This document shows positions 60,955 to 64,000 of a DNA stretch of 64,000 nucleotides, piece by piece. The notes beneath the pieces were generated by a model. The model had not been told where the DNA came from and ran no database searches. It saw only the letters and a program-made list of their open reading frames with translations. This DNA comes from a virus. Its lineage: Duplodnaviria > Caudoviricetes. Both the position numbers and the translations under genes were made by a program. The DNA is taken from the IMG/VR virus record IMGVR_UViG_3300027842_000015, positions 2,099 through 66,098 of that record; one strand, 5' to 3'. Each line of letters starts with the position of its first letter. Position 1 is the first letter of the stretch.

Positions 60955-61395
60955 TTAACCCTTAGGTGGTGCCATACCCGCGGTAGATTTAGTCGCAAGC
61001 AAGATATTCTCGAAAGTCATCAACCGTGCAAGAGCGCGCTCATCTTCGATATCTTCTTGATCCCGTTGCATGGCGTGGCCGACAATCCCAAACACAAGCG
61101 CCCGACGAAATGGTTGCTCGATTGGAACCCATGTAGTCCAGGTCGGATTATCGTCATCGTCAAAATTTGCATCGACCCCGGGCACAAGAGTAGAAGCTGC
61201 ATCGTTCCATTCATATTGGGGTATGTTATCAAGATAATCGATAAGAAGATCAGGACGAAGCCTACGCACATCCATCATCGTTAGATTGAGAGCATTAATC
61301 AAATCGGACGTGGAGTAACGATATGGGACGACTTGATCCTGCAAGAGAGTGCGCGCGTCGTCTAGGTAATCGCCCACAATGTCGAACGCCATCAC
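60955..61395 (-). CDS. Head-tail adaptor-like protein
   Basis: ARTLLQD....RYS...L...LN......RLRPD. Confidence 0.6.
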   Translation of the reverse strand: MMAFDIVGDYLDDARTLLQDQVVPYRYSTSDLINALNLTMMDVRRLRPDLLIDYLDNIPQYEWNDAASTLVPGVDANFDDDDNPTWTTWVPIEQPFRRALVFGIVGHAMQRDQEDIEDERALARLMTFENILLATKSTAGMAPPKG

Positions 61396-61404
61396 TTACC
61401 TCAT

Positions 61405-61434
61405 AAGAAAGCCCCCCGTTATTACACGGGGGGC
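61405..61434 (-). terminator. Rho-independent terminator after major capsid gene
   Basis: GCCCCCCGT/ACGGGGGGC stem followed by TTTCTT. Confidence 0.85.
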
Positions 61435-61462
61435 CTTAAGTTCGTGTTAAAGGCTAGCTCTA

Positions 61463-62470
61463 TTACGAGCCAGGGGTAACCTGCGCCTGGACCAACGCCT
61501 TGCCGTCCACGACTTGATAGCCATAGACCTGGAGGCCACGGAGCACCTGACCAAAGGTCAGTTCGCTGCGCAGCGTCTCGACCTTTGAAATCTGGCTAGC
61601 GAACGTGAGCCCGTGCGCATGACCTGCATAGATCGGCCACTCCCCCGCAGCGAAGTTCACGCTATCCGTGCTGTTGTTCGGCAACAGGTTGCTGATGTAC
61701 AGCGTGAACCGGTCAACCATGCCCAGCCGCCCATTACGCAACATGCTAACGCTGTCACCAGACAGATAAGCCTGACGAAGTTCAGACTGCTTGACCATAC
61801 GACCAGCCCACGCCGGCATGACGACCCAGCGGCCGACTTCCGGAATGTTCTGCTCGTCAAGCACCTGACCCATACGCATGAGCACGTCGAGCAATTCAAC
61901 TTCGCCCGAGGTAGGATCACGCGCCACAACAGAAAGTGGCGAGCCAGTCACGCCAAGGTTGACGTTACCAGTGATGACACCCGCGGCAGTACCGCGGTTT
62001 GCAGCGACCATCTGGTTGGCGATACCATCCAGAACGTCGGTATCAACAGCGATCTTAAGCTGTTGGGCAGCATCGTCCGACCACATGGAAAGAATATTCA
62101 GATCACTCTGAATTTCCATCACGTCGTCAAGGATGAGCGAGAAGAACTTACCGTTGCCGATATAAAGTTCCACCGTACCACCGCTTGGGCGATCCAGAGG
62201 AAGCAATTCGTCGGCAGAGTAATTCCGAATGGTGATCGTGGGCTTCGTTCGGATTTTCACCCGGTCGCCCTTGTTGCGGATTTCACCTTCGTAGTCCGTG
62301 TTGCTGATCGCAGCAAGGACAGTGCTCGCGTAGAACTTCTCCACGAGCTTACCGCTCCAGATTTCCGGAATAAATCCAGTAGCCTGGAGGGTGTTAGCGG
62401 TACCACCGGAAGGGTAAATACTAGTGCCACCAGCCGGGGCAATAGGAAATGCGCCAGAAGGAATAGCCAT
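61463..62470 (-). CDS. Major capsid protein
   Basis: FIPEIWSGKL...NTDYEGEI..KGDRVKI...VRGLQVYG-like motifs; strong codon bias; follows scaffold and precedes a terminator. Confidence 0.92.
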   Translation of the reverse strand: MAIPSGAFPIAPAGGTSIYPSGGTANTLQATGFIPEIWSGKLVEKFYASTVLAAISNTDYEGEIRNKGDRVKIRTKPTITIRNYSADELLPLDRPSGGTVELYIGNGKFFSLILDDVMEIQSDLNILSMWSDDAAQQLKIAVDTDVLDGIANQMVAANRGTAAGVITGNVNLGVTGSPLSVVARDPTSGEVELLDVLMRMGQVLDEQNIPEVGRWVVMPAWAGRMVKQSELRQAYLSGDSVSMLRNGRLGMVDRFTLYISNLLPNNSTDSVNFAAGEWPIYAGHAHGLTFASQISKVETLRSELTFGQVLRGLQVYGYQVVDGKALVQAQVTPGS

Positions 62471-62524
62471 GGCTAACCCCTATGTTCGGGAGTTAGCCAT
62501 CTCTATGGTCAATAACTCCCTTGG

Positions 62525-63586
62525 TTAACGAACACGGCCCGCGCGTTGGCATTCGAAAATGATCGCTTCATCGTTCATGCGATCCTGTTCTTTGCCCGCA
62601 TACACGCCATCACGCACATTCTTATAGAACTGTGTGATTTGGCCGCGAGTGATCCAGATGGGAGCATCAGCGGACTGTCCCGGTTGGGTACCGGTAGCCG
62701 GCTTTGCATGGCCAGGGGCTGCGAGCATTTGAAGCTCTACTGACGGGGTGGCAGGCTGGGCAGTTAGCGCAGGCTGTTGGTTCGTCAGAAACTCAGTGGA
62801 CCCTGTAGCTTCTTCCTCAGCGAGGAAGCCCTTGAAGAACGCAACCACTGCGGCGGCATCAGCGGCCTTGTGAGCGGCGTTCAACAAATCCTGTCTTACT
62901 TGGCGCGAGTAAATATCTCGTAAACGTAGCCAACTCTTAAAACGCGGGCTCACATTAATTTGTGGCCAATTTGGAACCTGAGCATCGAGGGTTGCTTCGA
63001 TGCTTTGGCTGGCCTGGGTAAGCAAACGCGCTTCAAGACGCTTGTTCTCTTGCTCAAGCTTCATAAGCGTCGGCTGCACAGCCTGTAACGCGGCACGTTG
63101 CGCCACGCTCAAGAAGTCCTGCCCATATGTATCCACGTCTTCCTTGGTAATCAGGGGCACGGGTGGAGTAGGAGTAACCGGTGGCGGTTGGTTAACGGGC
63201 TGGCGAACCTGAGTACTGGCAAGGGCAGCGGTAACTTCCGACAGGCTCGCCTGAAGCGACTGAACAGTTTCCTGGGTTTGCTTAAACCGTCCTTCCATGG
63301 ACTTGGCTTGGTGCATCCACTCGTTAACGCCCCAAGAAGCACGGTCATCTGGCGCGGCGGGAGCCGCTGGCGTTACTGGTGCTACCGGGGCGGTAACAAC
63401 ATTTTGAACAGGTGGTGGGCTGATTACAGACGAGGTAACATCAGGCTGTGGGCTGTATGCCTGAGCATGAAGCTGGGCGGCGCGGTCGGCTTCCAGTTTA
63501 ACTCGTGGGGGGACAACGACATTAGGATCAACCGGTGGCAAAGGCATACCTTTTGCATCCACCGTCTTTTCAATCGGGGCAACCAT
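62525..63586 (-). CDS. Capsid scaffolding protein
   Basis: Coiled coil, VPNWPQIN...FKSWL, C-terminal IFECQRAGRVR; directly upstream of capsid gene. Confidence 0.75.
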   Translation of the reverse strand: MVAPIEKTVDAKGMPLPPVDPNVVVPPRVKLEADRAAQLHAQAYSPQPDVTSSVISPPPVQNVVTAPVAPVTPAAPAAPDDRASWGVNEWMHQAKSMEGRFKQTQETVQSLQASLSEVTAALASTQVRQPVNQPPPVTPTPPVPLITKEDVDTYGQDFLSVAQRAALQAVQPTLMKLEQENKRLEARLLTQASQSIEATLDAQVPNWPQINVSPRFKSWLRLRDIYSRQVRQDLLNAAHKAADAAAVVAFFKGFLAEEEATGSTEFLTNQQPALTAQPATPSVELQMLAAPGHAKPATGTQPGQSADAPIWITRGQITQFYKNVRDGVYAGKEQDRMNDEAIIFECQRAGRVR

Positions 63587-63614
63587 ATTAGTCTCCTGTC
63601 ATCCGGCTGCGGCG

Positions 63615-63860
63615 TTAAGGCGCAGGCAGAGGTAAATTTGAAGGGTATGGTGCTTGATCAAGATGCGTGAAGACATTCAACCAGCCCTTATTGGCCTGGG
63701 CAAATCCCTTCGCGGTCATGATATTGGCAGCATCCGCTTCGGTCACAGCGTCCACGGCTTCCGCCGTGTATTCGTTAAACATCTTAACGAATTCATCCCA
63801 CTCTTCGGGCGCACGGGCGCGAAGGTGGCGGCAAACTTCTTTGATATCGGCTTCTTTCAT
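63615..63860 (-). CDS. Hypothetical head-module protein
   Basis: Small helical protein upstream of scaffold. Confidence 0.6.
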   Translation of the reverse strand: MKEADIKEVCRHLRARAPEEWDEFVKMFNEYTAEAVDAVTEADAANIMTAKGFAQANKGWLNVFTHLDQAPYPSNLPLPAP

Positions 63861-64000
63861 TACACCATGCCCTGGTCTTGGCCAGGAGCACCACCAGCGC
63901 CCGTTCCCATTGGGGGTGCACCCATGGGCGGGGCACCCATACCACCACCAATGGGCGGCGGGGGAGGCGTAGGCAATGGGGTTGCCTTAGCGTAATTGTT
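63860..64000 (-). CDS. C-terminus of a Pro/Gly-rich small protein (truncated by window edge)
   Basis: Hand translation NNYAKATPLPTPPPPIGGGMG...GMV*; TAATG overlap with next gene. Confidence 0.5.
   Translation of the reverse strand, partial: NNYAKATPLPTPPPPPIGGGMGAPPMGAPPMGTGAGGAPGQDQGMV

Noticed and set aside
61436-61450. Second TTAA-N7-TTAA CtrA-like box
   Set aside because: About one such site is expected by chance in 64 kb, and this one lies between the capsid stop and its terminator
61613-62476. 287-aa antisense ORF over the capsid gene (similar cases at 46711-47610 and 6551-7165)
   Set aside because: Expected from the codon bias of the sense gene; no recognisable motifs

Overview
The window is most of a tailed dsDNA bacteriophage genome with a podovirus-like layout (no tape measure, integrase or RNA polymerase seen). 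The host is probably an alphaproteobacterium, inferred from a CtrA-like winged-helix regulator and the promoter style. Minus strand 1-8110 holds the portal, two collagen-like proteins and a four-gene glycosylation cassette (GT2-TPR-propeller, two HtrL/YibB-like proteins, sugar O-methyltransferase). An inverted terminase cassette lies on the plus strand at 8148-11672. Lysis and accessory genes plus three atypical tRNAs follow on the minus strand to about 16900. A divergent control region with a long inverted repeat occupies about 16900-18040. Plus strand 17500-38589 carries early and replication genes (AAA ATPase with vWA/peptidase partner, family A DNA polymerase, nucleotide-pool enzymes, Cas4-like nuclease, SNF2 helicase, primase-helicase). 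Minus strand 38560-64000 carries virion genes (polyvalent ejection protein, nozzle, more collagen-like fibres, adaptors, major capsid, scaffold). The two strongest observations are (1) a palindrome TTACC-N5-GGTAA found by eye at 17 exact sites across the genome, against about 0.06 expected by chance, and (2) a probable self-glycosylated collagen (Gly-Pro-Thr) virion coat. All protein calls come from motif recognition; no database searches were run.
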